Below, piece by piece: positions 46,306 through 57,078 of a DNA stretch of 64,000 bases. How positions within the stretch are numbered: the first letter of the stretch is position 1; each line of letters starts with the position of its first letter. Under the pieces are notes generated by a model that saw only the letters and a program-made list of their open reading frames with translations, had not been told where the DNA came from and made no database searches. The position numbers and the translations under genes are program-made. Origin of the DNA: an uncultured Bacilli bacterium (GTDB lineage Bacteria; Bacillota_I; Bacilli_A; RF39; UBA660); assembly GCA_947625505.1 (NCBI GenBank), contig CANQON010000005.1:819-64818 (forward strand), in the 5' to 3' direction.

Positions 46306-48459
46306 TTATTTTAATGGATTTATATCAATCTCTAGTTTAACTTTCGTACTAACATATTTTTGGTTAAGAAAAGATAAGGCATTTAAAAGCTCATTACTTT
46401 TCTTATATTTTAAAGTTATCTGAATATAATAGTTATTATTTATTTTAGGCATAAAAGAACTTGTGGGTCCTAGGACAATAACATTCTTAACATGACTTTT
46501 AATATAATCACATATTTTTTTGCCTTCTTCTAAAGCATAATCATAATCTTTACCTACAAGTGTTAACATACTTAAATTATAATATGGAGGATACTTTAAA
46601 GCTTTACGTACTTTCATCTCTTCATTATAGAATCCTTCATAGTCATGTACTTTTGCTTTTAAAATACTATAGTGGTTTAAGTTAAAACCTTGAATAATAA
46701 CATAACCTTTTTTGTCGCCACGTCCTGCTCTACCTGCGACTTGATTTAGTAAAGAAAACGTTCTTTCCGCACTTCGAAAATCAGGTATATTTAGACTAGC
46801 ATCACCATTAATAACACCAACTAATGTCACATTTTCAAAGTCTAATCCTTTAGAGATCATTTGAGTTCCTACTAAAATATCATATTCATGTTTTTTAAAG
46901 GCTTCAAATATTTTGGCATGACTTCCTTTTGTTGATGTTGTATCTATATCCATTCTAATAGTTTTAAAAGTTGGAAACAATTTATTTATTTCTTCTTCTA
47001 ATTTTTCTGTACCTAAACCAAACTGACTAATGTCTTTGCTATGACATTCAGGACAAGTAAGAGGTTTAAAAGTAGTATAATCACAATAATGACATTTCAT
47101 AATATTATTTTTTTTATGATAAGTAAGAGGAATATCACAATTAGGGCATGTTATACAATGTCCACATTCATGGCATGTTACGGTAGTGGAATATCCCCTA
47201 CGATTAAGTAAGATAATCGCTTGTTCATTATGTTCTAAAGTATTATTTAAAGCCTCAATTAATTCTTTTGATAAAATACGATAACCTTTTTTAATTTCTG
47301 GTGCCATATCAATTAATTTAACATCAGGCAAATTATTATTAATACGTTTAGGTAGACGAAGTAATTCATAAATACCCATTTGCGCTCTAGTATAGCTTTC
47401 TAAAGATGGGGTTGCACTTCCTAAAACAACAGGTATATTATTTAATTTACCTCTAAATAACGCTATATCAATAGCATGATAACGGGGATTAGAATCTTGT
47501 TTATAAGTTGTTGTATGTTCTTCATCAACAATAATAATTCCTAAGTTTTTAAATGGTGCGAAAATAGCGCTTCGCGCACCAATAGCTATCTTTACTTCAC
47601 TACGAACTATTTTACGCCATTCATCATAGCGTTCGCCATCACTTAACCTTGAATGTAAAATAGCTATATCATTACCAAAACGTTTTTTAAAATTACCTAC
47701 TAATTGAGGAGTTAAACTTATTTCTGGTACTAAAACAATAGCTTCTTTACCATTATCAATAACATTACTTATCATATGCATATATACTTCAGTTTTGCCA
47801 CTTCCTGTGACACCATATAATAAGAAAGGTTTGAAAGTATTAGAAGATTCTTTTACTTTTTGAATAGCTGTTTTTTGATCTTGATTTAATTTAATATTAG
47901 ATATTTCTTTATCTACATCATCTTGAAGACGATATACTTCTTCTTTTTTTAATTCAATAACTTCCTTTTTAATTAAAGTTTGAATAGCTGAGTTATATTC
48001 TTTCAAATCAGTTTTTAAATAATCTTTTTCTTTTAATTTCGTAATTAGTTCTTTTTGTTTATCATTTTTTCCTTCATAATCAAAATCAATAAGACTTACA
48101 TAAGTATCATATTTTTTATTTACTTTAACACCATGATGGGCTTTTAATGCTTTAGGTAACATAGCTTCTAAGGAAGCCATTTGGGTTGCTAAAGTCTTTT
48201 TACTTATATACTCCCCTACTTTTAATAATTCATCATTTAAAATAACTTCATCATCTATAACTTCTTTTATTTCTTTTAAGTTTTGAATTGAACTATCTGG
48301 TTTAATAGCCATAACAAAACCCTCTAGATTTTGTTTTCCGAAAGGTACAAGGACTCTAATTCCTACTTGTACTTTTTCTTCATAATCTAGAGGTATTAAG
48401 TAATCAAAAACACGATCAACAGCTTTTGCTTTAATTTCAACCAAAACTTGCGCTACCAT
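46306..48459 (-). CDS. priA: primosomal protein N' (replication restart helicase PriA)
   Basis: Walker A GVTGSGKTEVY, DEEH box, Cys-rich zinc insertion (CHECGHCITCPNCDIPLTYH..CHYCDY..CPEC) and QVAGRAGR. Confidence 0.93.
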   Translation of the reverse strand: MVAQVLVEIKAKAVDRVFDYLIPLDYEEKVQVGIRVLVPFGKQNLEGFVMAIKPDSSIQNLKEIKEVIDDEVILNDELLKVGEYISKKTLATQMASLEAMLPKALKAHHGVKVNKKYDTYVSLIDFDYEGKNDKQKELITKLKEKDYLKTDLKEYNSAIQTLIKKEVIELKKEEVYRLQDDVDKEISNIKLNQDQKTAIQKVKESSNTFKPFLLYGVTGSGKTEVYMHMISNVIDNGKEAIVLVPEISLTPQLVGNFKKRFGNDIAILHSRLSDGERYDEWRKIVRSEVKIAIGARSAIFAPFKNLGIIIVDEEHTTTYKQDSNPRYHAIDIALFRGKLNNIPVVLGSATPSLESYTRAQMGIYELLRLPKRINNNLPDVKLIDMAPEIKKGYRILSKELIEALNNTLEHNEQAIILLNRRGYSTTVTCHECGHCITCPNCDIPLTYHKKNNIMKCHYCDYTTFKPLTCPECHSKDISQFGLGTEKLEEEINKLFPTFKTIRMDIDTTSTKGSHAKIFEAFKKHEYDILVGTQMISKGLDFENVTLVGVINGDASLNIPDFRSAERTFSLLNQVAGRAGRGDKKGYVIIQGFNLNHYSILKAKVHDYEGFYNEEMKVRKALKYPPYYNLSMLTLVGKDYDYALEEGKKICDYIKSHVKNVIVLGPTSSFMPKINNNYYIQITLKYKKSNELLNALSFLNQKYVSTKVKLEIDINPLK

Positions 48460-48467
48460 ATATCCCC

Positions 48468-49415
48468 CTAATTTTTTAATGCCCGTAAAGCATCTTTTAC
48501 TTGCTTATTATAATTATCTATATTTTTAAAGAATATATTTTGAATATTCTTTTCACGATTTTTCTTTTTAGTATATTCATCTTCAAATTTTTTAGTAATT
48601 AATTTTTTAAAACTCTTTTCATCCATTGATGAGTCAATAACCATTTTTTCTATTAAACGTTCTAAAAAAGCACGATAGACATTTTCATCTTTAGGTTTTT
48701 TTAATAAATTATTCAATTGTTGATATTCTAAATAAGATGTAATAAGTAAACGGTTATTTAATATCTCAATATTATCTTTATTATCAGATTCTTCCATCGT
48801 ATCATTAAAACTATCTATATAATTAAATAGTTCTAAAGCTTTACGATAATTCACTTCTTCTTCAAATAAAGGTGTTTTATTAATTGGACTATGAACTAAG
48901 GAAGCATCTTTTAAAGCATCTATAAAAGGCGAAGCTAGTAAATTATTCGTAATCGTTAATACTCTTTCAATACGATCAGATAAACTCATACCATATGATT
49001 CACCCATTTTATTATCTTCTAACTTACGTGTTTTTACTTTAATATCAATTTCAATTTCTTCTCCTTCAAGAAAAGAATTTAATTTTGTATTAAAACTTTT
49101 CTCTTTAGTACTTTTTAAATATCTCTGATATTTCTTTTGTTCAAAAGAGATAAAATCAGCCAAACGACATAATAGCGTCTTAATTAAACGATTTTCATAA
49201 GAAGTAATAACACTAATATCAGCATGGGAAAAATCCATACTAACAATATTACTTACGAATGGTAAATACTGTTCTATTTGATTTAACCATGAATAATCAT
49301 AAGATAAATTTTTAGTATCAAGATCAAGAGAAGTATTGATACTTACACTATCTTTAAATTGATCAAAAGATGAAGAGTCAATATCACTAATTAATTCTAC
49401 AATTTTATCATTCAT
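48468..49415 (-). CDS. hypothetical protein
   Basis: 315 aa with an AGGTGA RBS, tightly linked to the upstream ORF. No motif recognised. Confidence 0.55.
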   Translation of the reverse strand: MNDKIVELISDIDSSSFDQFKDSVSINTSLDLDTKNLSYDYSWLNQIEQYLPFVSNIVSMDFSHADISVITSYENRLIKTLLCRLADFISFEQKKYQRYLKSTKEKSFNTKLNSFLEGEEIEIDIKVKTRKLEDNKMGESYGMSLSDRIERVLTITNNLLASPFIDALKDASLVHSPINKTPLFEEEVNYRKALELFNYIDSFNDTMEESDNKDNIEILNNRLLITSYLEYQQLNNLLKKPKDENVYRAFLERLIEKMVIDSSMDEKSFKKLITKKFEDEYTKKKNREKNIQNIFFKNIDNYNKQVKDALRALKN

Positions 49416-49419
49416 CTTA

Positions 49420-50544
49420 TCACCTATTTTCTGTTAAGATACGATTTTCTAATGTTTTAGCGAAGGTACTATTATCTAAAATAAAATTAATCTTTTTAAC
49501 ATTCCACATATCATGATATTCCGATGCTCTTAAATATAAGTCACTACTAATAAAGACATAGTCATATAAATCAAAAGAATTACCATTAAATTTAGTATTA
49601 TCATTAATATCAGATACAGCTATATTAAATTCTTTTTCATGAAGTGTTTTCGCCACACTAGTATTATTTTTAATATCATCATATTCAAAACAAAAAACTA
49701 ATTGTTGACGAATTGCTTTATTACTAAAAATACTTAAAATACTAAGCATGTCTTTATTCTTAGTAAAATAATCACTATAAATATTAATAAAGAATAAATC
49801 ATCATAATTATTATTTAAAATATTCTTTAAGATAAAGACAGATAACATTTCTAAATATATAGTTAAAATATCATCATTAATACCTTTAGTTAAAATAGTC
49901 TTTTTAACTTCTACTTCATCATAACGATATAACATTTTTAGATCATAATGATATTCAACTAAAAAATAGTTATTATTTTTTAAAGAACGACTAAAAGATA
50001 AAACAAAGTTCTTATTAACTAAAGAACGCCAAAATTTATGTTCGGCATTTGTATCTTTCTTTACTTGTTCTACTAATTCTTCAAAAAGGCTAGTATCTGT
50101 TTCAGCTAATTTAATTTTATTTTTAAAATGATCTAAAAATAATTGAACACGTTCTTCAACTAAAATATCATGATGCTTATAATCATTAGTATATTCATCT
50201 AATTTAATAGCTAAATAGATTAAATTAGAAAGGACAACAATGGTATTTATATCACTCTCTATTTGACTTTCTAAACCACTATTTTGATAAAACAGCAAAG
50301 ATGATGTAATAACATCTTTAATAGTTGACTCTTTAGTCATTTTAATTTCAAAATACTTAGTTAATAAAGAATAATCTTGATTCTTATATAAATAAAAGTT
50401 ATTAATATATATTTCTATAATCTTATTTATAACTTTATTTAATTGTACAGCCTTCTTTAGCATATGCTTACTAAATATTTCTGTATAATGGTTTATATTA
50501 AGTCTTTTACGATTTAAAAATAAAGATATAATATCATTTTCCAC
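49420..50544 (-). CDS. hypothetical protein (C-terminal half weakly EAL/TIM-barrel-like)
   Basis: No ATG near the 5' end. Either the TTG at 50559 or, preferred, the GTG at 50542-50544, 7 nt after GGGAAG. Alternating beta/alpha pattern (LFFINIYSDYF, QLVFCFEYDDI, FNIAVSDI, YDYVFISSD) but no EAL catalytic residues. Confidence 0.5.
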   Translation of the reverse strand: MENDIISLFLNRKRLNINHYTEIFSKHMLKKAVQLNKVINKIIEIYINNFYLYKNQDYSLLTKYFEIKMTKESTIKDVITSSLLFYQNSGLESQIESDINTIVVLSNLIYLAIKLDEYTNDYKHHDILVEERVQLFLDHFKNKIKLAETDTSLFEELVEQVKKDTNAEHKFWRSLVNKNFVLSFSRSLKNNNYFLVEYHYDLKMLYRYDEVEVKKTILTKGINDDILTIYLEMLSVFILKNILNNNYDDLFFINIYSDYFTKNKDMLSILSIFSNKAIRQQLVFCFEYDDIKNNTSVAKTLHEKEFNIAVSDINDNTKFNGNSFDLYDYVFISSDLYLRASEYHDMWNVKKINFILDNSTFAKTLENRILTENR

Positions 50545-50626
50545 TATATCACTTCCCAAGTATCTACTTATTAAATAGTATCATAATAACTAGTAATTTA
50601 CAAGAAAAAAAGACATAAGTCTTTTT

Positions 50627-51118
50627 TTAATTATTGATACAAGCACAAGCATTAAGCTTACACTTATCAGGACTAGGACAACATGAACAAATTTCATTAG
50701 AAGTAAAGTATTTTTCCTTAATACTTTTTGGAAATCTAAAGGTAATATTTTCTTCTAACCATAAGCCACTATCAGTATCTAAATCAAAGAAAAGAGTACG
50801 TCCATCGATAACTATTTTATATTTACCATAAACAACATCATCAACTTTATCATATAAATCTAATTTAGCTAAATCATTACGTAAACCTTGTTCATCAGTT
50901 AAATTTACTTTTATATAAGAATATCCATCAGTATAATATATAAAATCAGTCTGATAAACAGCCATATTAGTAATATTTCCTACTATATAGTGTTCACTAT
51001 TAGTTGTCTCCTCTTCCTTTAAAGGTTCTTCTTCACTACTATTATTATTCGCTACAAAGAACATTGCAAATATCATTACTAAAAAGACAACAAATACAAT
51101 TAATATTTTCTTATCCAT
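50627..51118 (-). CDS. membrane-anchored protein with Cys-rich C-terminal tail
   Basis: Start at MDKKILIVFVVFLVMIFAMFFVA behind AGGTGA. The tail reads CSCCPSPDKCKLNACACINN. Confidence 0.6.
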   Translation of the reverse strand: MDKKILIVFVVFLVMIFAMFFVANNNSSEEEPLKEEETTNSEHYIVGNITNMAVYQTDFIYYTDGYSYIKVNLTDEQGLRNDLAKLDLYDKVDDVVYGKYKIVIDGRTLFFDLDTDSGLWLEENITFRFPKSIKEKYFTSNEICSCCPSPDKCKLNACACINN

Positions 51119-51195
51119 ATATCTAGTCACCTACTATATTAATTATACCAATTTGAAAGCATAAATACAATAAGAAAAAAACTGTTACCAGTTTT

Positions 51196-53571
51196 TTACT
51201 TATTTCTTAATTTAGCATTTAATTTTGTCTCTACATCTTTAATAATGGTATCAAATACTTTTGTTACTTCTTCATCACTTAAAGTACGAGACATATCAGC
51301 AAATGTAAGTGAGAATGCTAAAGATTTTTCATTAGCATCAATATTTTCTCCCTCATATAAGTCAAATACTTCTATATCAGTAAGTAATTTACCTCCTGAT
51401 TTACGTATTTGATTAATAATCGTTTTAGCATCCGTTTTCTTATCAATAGCGAATGCTAAATCTTTCTTAATCTCAGGATACTTAGAAGCTTCTTTAAATT
51501 TAATACCTCTTACTTGTTTTTCATTTAATTTTGTCATTGATAATTCAGCTACATATATTTCATCTTTTTGATAACTTGGATGAACACGTCCTAACATACC
51601 TACGACTTCTTTATCAATAGATATGCTAGCGCATATACCAGGATGCATCTCAGGAAGACTTACTTTATCAAATTGATAACGATTATTAAATCCTAAATAA
51701 TTAAGTAAGTTTTCAATAATACCTTTTAAAACATAGAAGTCACATTTTACCTTAACACCTTGCCATGCATTTAAGATATAATTACCTTTCATTAAAATAG
51801 CGACTTTCGTATCTTCATGATAATCTTTATCATATGTTTTAGATATTTCATATAGTAAGATATCATCGATATGACGAGCTTTATTATATTCATAAACATT
51901 CATTAATGATGGTAATATACTACTACGAATAACAGATTTATCCATACTCATAGGATTTGGTAAAGTAATACATTCACGATTATCATAACGGAATAATTTA
52001 GCCATATCAGGACTTGTTAACGTATATGTTTTAGTTTCATTAAGTCCTAAACTTCTTAAACGTTTAGAAATTAATTTACGAATACGTACGTCGCCGACAT
52101 ATACGCCTCTTCTAGTTGGCACCATAGGTAGAGTTGAGACAAGATTATGATAGCCATATAATCTACCAATTTCTTCAGCTATATCATTAATATTAGGATC
52201 AACATCTAAACGACGACGAGGAATAGTAACAGTAAATACGCCTTTAACTAGTTTATAATCAAAACCTAATCTAGCAAGTTCGGTTTTACAATCAGCATTA
52301 GTTAAAGTAATACCTAATAAAGAATTAATTTCTTCGGTTTTAAAGCTAACAACTTTTTCGGTTTTATCTACCTTATCATGTTTAACAATACCTGATAATA
52401 TTTTCGCATCAGCATATTTTTCTAGTAAATGGCAAGCACGTCTTAAAGCAGCATCCGTATACTCATAGTTTAATCCTTTACCATAACGAATAGATGCTTC
52501 ACTCTTAAGATTTAATTTAGAAGCTGTATAACGAATACTTACCGCATCAAAAATAGCGCTTTCAATTAAAATATTTTTGGTATTATCATCAACATCCGTG
52601 TTTTCTCCACCCATAACACCAGCGATACATACCGGTTTTTTACCATCCGTAATAACGATATCATCTTTACATAATACTCTTTGTTGTCCATCTAAAGTAA
52701 CAATTTCTTCCTTATCTTTAGCATTTCTAACTAATATTTTGTTACCTAGTTTATCTTTATCAAAGAAATGAAGGGGTTGTCCATACTCTAACATAACATA
52801 GTTAGATATATCGACAACATTATTAATAGGACGCATACCTGCTGATATTAATCTTTGCTTAATAAATTCTGGTGATTCTTTAATGACTACATCTTTAACC
52901 ATTTTACAAGTATAATAAGGACATTTATCAGTATCAACTTTTAAATCAATATAATCTTTAACATCATCTTTTAATTCTTTAAATTTATCATCAGGTAATG
53001 TTACTTTTTTATTTAAGATAGACGCTATTTCATAAGCAAAGCCAATATGATAGTAACAGTCATTATTACGATGTTTATGGACATCTAATTCATATACCGT
53101 ATCATCAGTACCTAAATAGATGTTAGCGTCACTTCCAACTTCGACACTGTCATCTACTTCTTCGATTCCTTTAGCGTATGTTTCATCATTTTTTTCTTCT
53201 AGACCTAATTCAAATAAAGCACAAATCATACCATTAGATTCTTGTCCTCTAATTTTACCTGCTTTAATTTCAAAATTACCTGGAAGAACACAACCTGGTA
53301 AGGCGACAATTACTTTTATACCTTCACGAACATTAGATGCTCCACATACAATTTGAACTGTCTCTTTACCAATATCAACCATACATAAGTGCAAATGATC
53401 ACTATCAGGATGATCAAGACATTTAACAACTTTACCAATAACTAAGTTATCGATATGTTTTGTTATAACAGCTTCAACGTTAACGCCTGCTTTAGTTATT
53501 TTAACAGCCAAATCTTTTAGATTTTCATCAACTATATCAACATAATCTTTAACCCAATTTAAACTGATCAT
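51196..53571 (-). CDS. pheT: phenylalanine--tRNA ligase beta subunit
   Basis: 791 aa with an N-terminal tRNA-binding OB domain, B3/4 and B5 domains, and a C-terminal FDX-ACB. Immediately downstream of pheS. Confidence 0.93.
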   Translation of the reverse strand: MISLNWVKDYVDIVDENLKDLAVKITKAGVNVEAVITKHIDNLVIGKVVKCLDHPDSDHLHLCMVDIGKETVQIVCGASNVREGIKVIVALPGCVLPGNFEIKAGKIRGQESNGMICALFELGLEEKNDETYAKGIEEVDDSVEVGSDANIYLGTDDTVYELDVHKHRNNDCYYHIGFAYEIASILNKKVTLPDDKFKELKDDVKDYIDLKVDTDKCPYYTCKMVKDVVIKESPEFIKQRLISAGMRPINNVVDISNYVMLEYGQPLHFFDKDKLGNKILVRNAKDKEEIVTLDGQQRVLCKDDIVITDGKKPVCIAGVMGGENTDVDDNTKNILIESAIFDAVSIRYTASKLNLKSEASIRYGKGLNYEYTDAALRRACHLLEKYADAKILSGIVKHDKVDKTEKVVSFKTEEINSLLGITLTNADCKTELARLGFDYKLVKGVFTVTIPRRRLDVDPNINDIAEEIGRLYGYHNLVSTLPMVPTRRGVYVGDVRIRKLISKRLRSLGLNETKTYTLTSPDMAKLFRYDNRECITLPNPMSMDKSVIRSSILPSLMNVYEYNKARHIDDILLYEISKTYDKDYHEDTKVAILMKGNYILNAWQGVKVKCDFYVLKGIIENLLNYLGFNNRYQFDKVSLPEMHPGICASISIDKEVVGMLGRVHPSYQKDEIYVAELSMTKLNEKQVRGIKFKEASKYPEIKKDLAFAIDKKTDAKTIINQIRKSGGKLLTDIEVFDLYEGENIDANEKSLAFSLTFADMSRTLSDEEVTKVFDTIIKDVETKLNAKLRNK

Positions 53572-53573
53572 TT

Positions 53574-54611
53574 TTACACTTCCCTTCTATCGAATGGTTT
53601 TGACTCTCTTAAGTCGGTTTGATAAAATGTACGAATATCATTAATGCCATATTTAAGCATAGCTAATCTTTCAGCACCAAAACCAAAAGCAAAACCTGAC
53701 CAAATATTAGGATCATATCCACAGTTTCTTAAAACATTAGGATGAACCATACCTGCTCCACTTACCGTTATCCAACCTGTATTTTTACATAATGAACAAC
53801 CTTCACCTTTACATACAAAGCAACTGATATCAGTTTCGACAGATGGTTCTGTAAATTGATAATAACTTGGACGAAATCTTGTTTTAATATCATCACCAAA
53901 TAATTTTTTAGCAATAACATCAAAAGTACCTTTTAAGTCAGAAAGACTAATATTCTTATCTACTAATAATCCTTCTATTTGCATAAATTGATGAGAATGC
54001 GTTGCATCATCAGCATCTCTTCGATATGTTTTACCAGGACATATCATACGAATAGGTGTATTTCCTCCTGCTTTTAACATAGTACGAGCTTGTACAGGTG
54101 ATGTTTGACTACGAAGTAAAATAGATTCATCTTCAATATAGAAAGTATCTTGTGCATCACGAGCAGGATGTCCTTTAGGAATATTTAATAACTCAAAGTT
54201 ATATTTATCCTCTTCTACTTCTGGTCCATCAACAACATCATATCCCATTGACATAAATACTTCTTCAACTTCTTCAATAATGTTTTCTAGGATATTAGGT
54301 GCTCCCATAGGAATATTGGTTCCTGGAAGAGTAATATCAATATTTTCACTTTCTAGTTTAGCATTTAATTCTCTTTCATCAATTTCTTTTTTCTTATTAT
54401 CAATAGCCTCAGTTACATTTGTTTTAATTTCATTTAATTTTTTACCTAGTTCTTTCTTTTCTTCAGGACTAAGTGATCCCATTTGTTTTGATAATTCGGT
54501 AACAATACCTTTTTTACCTAAATATTGCGCTCTCAATTCATTTAAAGCATTATTATCATTAATACTAGTTAATTTTTCATTTAAGCTTTGTATTATTTCT
54601 TCATTATTCAT
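53574..54611 (-). CDS. pheS: phenylalanine--tRNA ligase alpha subunit
   Basis: Start at MNNEEIIQSL behind AGGAAGGA. Class II motifs (GHPARDAQDTFY, FRPSYYQFTEPS, GFAFGFGAERLAM). Confidence 0.93.
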   Translation of the reverse strand: MNNEEIIQSLNEKLTSINDNNALNELRAQYLGKKGIVTELSKQMGSLSPEEKKELGKKLNEIKTNVTEAIDNKKKEIDERELNAKLESENIDITLPGTNIPMGAPNILENIIEEVEEVFMSMGYDVVDGPEVEEDKYNFELLNIPKGHPARDAQDTFYIEDESILLRSQTSPVQARTMLKAGGNTPIRMICPGKTYRRDADDATHSHQFMQIEGLLVDKNISLSDLKGTFDVIAKKLFGDDIKTRFRPSYYQFTEPSVETDISCFVCKGEGCSLCKNTGWITVSGAGMVHPNVLRNCGYDPNIWSGFAFGFGAERLAMLKYGINDIRTFYQTDLRESKPFDRREV

Positions 54612-54848
54612 TTTATCATCCTTCCTAATAAAAAAAGTATTATGAGTATAGGAGTGAGTATAAACCCATGGTACCATCCTATTTCATAATACTATTATGC
54701 ACTTAAGACTATAACGCGTCACCGTTATAAATTTTCTTTTATAACACTAGAAAGTGAATTCTTTAAGATTAATTATTCATTTCCACCAACCATGAACTCT
54801 CTATTAATTAATTACTTAAATACTACTCTTTCATTATCGCTTTCAAAA
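54612..54848 (-). promoter_or_regulatory. T-box leader, Phe specifier (UUC)
   Basis: Minus strand: stem I start GCGATAATGAAAGAGTAGTA, AGAGAG box with GGTTGGTGGAA, specifier loop GAA-TTC-A (TTC = plus 54756-54758), and T-box sequence GGATGGTACCATGGG. Terminator AGTATTATGA...TCATAATACT plus T7 at 54630-54693. Confidence 0.85.
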
Positions 54849-54855
54849 CAAACAT

Positions 54856-54884
54856 ATTGTAACATACTTATTTTAATTATTCAA
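54856..54884 (-). promoter_or_regulatory. pheST promoter
   Basis: On the minus strand, TTGAAT, 17 nt, (TGt)TACAAT. The -35 overlaps the stop of the upstream sirtuin gene. Confidence 0.55.
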
Positions 54885-55593
54885 GTATGTTTTTCATAAC
54901 TTTACCTAAAGAATCATGAATGACTAAGTCAGCCATATCATCATAATCCGTTTTATCTTTATTGATTAAGACTAAGTATTTACCATTAAAGTATCTTATT
55001 AAACCACTTGCGGGATATACAGTTAAAGAAGTACCTGCCACAATTAACATATCACACTTATTAATAGCATGTATTGCTTGACTAACTGTTTCTTCATCTA
55101 ATGCTTCTTCATATAAAACGACATCAGGTTTAATAGTTCCTCCACAAGAACATTTAGGTATTCCTTTACTGTTAAAGACATATGTAGCATCATAAAATTT
55201 ATGGCATTTCATACAATAGTTTCTTAAAGTACTACCATGTAATTCATAGACTTTTTTTGATCCTGCTTTTTGGTGTAAGCCATCAATATTTTGAGTAATA
55301 ATAGCTTTTAATTTACCACTTTTTTCTAACTCTGTTAAAACTTTATGGGTAATATTAGGTTCATACTTTAAAGTATTTAGTTTATCTTTATAGAATTTAA
55401 AAAATTTTAATGTATTATTCATAAAAAAAGTATGACTTAGTATTTCTTCAGGAGGATAATCATATTTTTGATTATATAATCCATCTTTACTACGAAAATC
55501 AGGAATACCACTTTCGGTTGATACCCCTGCTCCTCCAAAGAAAACAATATTATGACATTCTTTAATCATTTTCTTTAATTCATCAGTTTTCAT
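54877..55593 (-). CDS. NAD-dependent protein deacylase (Sir2 family)
   Basis: GAGVSTESGIPDFRS, QNIDGLH and a zinc ribbon (CMKC...CSCGG). Confidence 0.9.
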   Translation of the reverse strand: MKTDELKKMIKECHNIVFFGGAGVSTESGIPDFRSKDGLYNQKYDYPPEEILSHTFFMNNTLKFFKFYKDKLNTLKYEPNITHKVLTELEKSGKLKAIITQNIDGLHQKAGSKKVYELHGSTLRNYCMKCHKFYDATYVFNSKGIPKCSCGGTIKPDVVLYEEALDEETVSQAIHAINKCDMLIVAGTSLTVYPASGLIRYFNGKYLVLINKDKTDYDDMADLVIHDSLGKVMKNILE

Positions 55594-56113
55594 ATATGCC
55601 TCTTAAATAAATATTATATTTTCTTTCATGTAAAAAATCGGTACTAGGTCCATGTCCAGGATATATTTTTACTTTATCACTAAAGCGTCTTGTCTTTTTT
55701 AAACTATTTAACATATCTAACATATTACCATCATCTAAGTCCGTTCGGCCTATGGATTCGTAAAAAAGAAAGTCTCCTACAAATAAGGCATTATCATTAG
55801 AAAAATAAATACTAATAGCGTCACTACGATGACCTGGTGTTTTAAGCATTTCAAAAGTAAATTTACCAATTGTATTTATCCCTTCAATTAGATTATTTAT
55901 ATCATATATAGGTATATCTAAAAAATTATTTAAGGCGCCTATATGATCATCATGATAATGGGTAATAATAATACCATCTATAAGTTTATTACCTATTCTT
56001 TCTCTTATCTTATCTTCTTCATCACCAGGATCAATAATTAAGACATGATTATCGATATCTAATAGATAACAATTGGTACTTAAATCTCCTACAACGACTT
56101 TATCTATTTTCAT
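55583..56113 (-). CDS. MBL-fold metallo-hydrolase
   Basis: HxHxDH motif (THYHDDHIG) with later TPGH and GH. Start taken at MKIDKVVVG. Confidence 0.8.
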   Translation of the reverse strand: MKIDKVVVGDLSTNCYLLDIDNHVLIIDPGDEEDKIRERIGNKLIDGIIITHYHDDHIGALNNFLDIPIYDINNLIEGINTIGKFTFEMLKTPGHRSDAISIYFSNDNALFVGDFLFYESIGRTDLDDGNMLDMLNSLKKTRRFSDKVKIYPGHGPSTDFLHERKYNIYLRGIYEN

Positions 56114-57041
56114 TAACATTCCTACTATTAATAAGATAATCAATAATGTAATCTTTCATATGTTCTGGAATAGGAGCTCCTGCGGCATGGGTATGGCCCT
56201 TACCATTAAAGGTTGTAGCGAAACTATTAACATCAGCTTTATCCTCCAAACTACGAAAGCTTAAACTACGATTTAGGTTAACAATTAAGATAAGATCAAC
56301 TTCATCATGATAGTATTCCGCTAAAGCATTACCTAATTCACTACGATATAGTTCAGCAAAGACAATACCGACATTCAAATTATCTATTTTTCTAATAATA
56401 ACTTTATCTTTTAGATTATCGATATATTCATTACGTCTTCTTTCATCTATTTCAATAAGAAGATTTTCTGCATCGGTAAAATAAAATTCTTCATTTTCTC
56501 TTAAGAATTTTTTATAGTTATCAATAAATTTATCAATACCATAATAATTTAATAGTGTACCTATTTTACGAGCATCTAAGTTATTATATTTTTTCCATTC
56601 CCATGTATCACCTAGTCTTACTAAAGATACCATATAAGATACACTATTATGAAGTAAATTAGGATTAGGATAGTGTTCTAATAAATATTTATAGTATAAA
56701 CTAGTACCTGATTCTTTAATACCATCTTGTTCATCAATAACATGAATAAAAGGATATTTATTTAAAGAGATAGAACTAATATGATGATCTAAAATAATTA
56801 TTTTATCTTTAATACGAGAATTAGTTATCTCTAGAGCTACTTCTTCATTAACACATAAATCGGTAATAAAGATATAATCATATTTATCTAATTCATTATT
56901 TTGTAAAGCATCTAACATATAATTATTTAAATCACTAGGTTCAAATAATTTATATTCATAATCATCAAAAACTAAGTCTGTTAAGATAACAGGCATAATT
57001 CCATCAGGATCAGCAATATGGGATAATAATAATACTTTCAT
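56100..57041 (-). CDS. DHH/DHHA1 family phosphoesterase
   Basis: SHIADPDG, ILDHH and the C-terminal GKGHTHAAG motif. Confidence 0.8.
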   Translation of the reverse strand: MKVLLLSHIADPDGIMPVILTDLVFDDYEYKLFEPSDLNNYMLDALQNNELDKYDYIFITDLCVNEEVALEITNSRIKDKIIILDHHISSISLNKYPFIHVIDEQDGIKESGTSLYYKYLLEHYPNPNLLHNSVSYMVSLVRLGDTWEWKKYNNLDARKIGTLLNYYGIDKFIDNYKKFLRENEEFYFTDAENLLIEIDERRRNEYIDNLKDKVIIRKIDNLNVGIVFAELYRSELGNALAEYYHDEVDLILIVNLNRSLSFRSLEDKADVNSFATTFNGKGHTHAAGAPIPEHMKDYIIDYLINSRNVNENR

Positions 57042-57078
57042 ATATTCACCTACTAGACTAATTATAACATAAAAGAAG

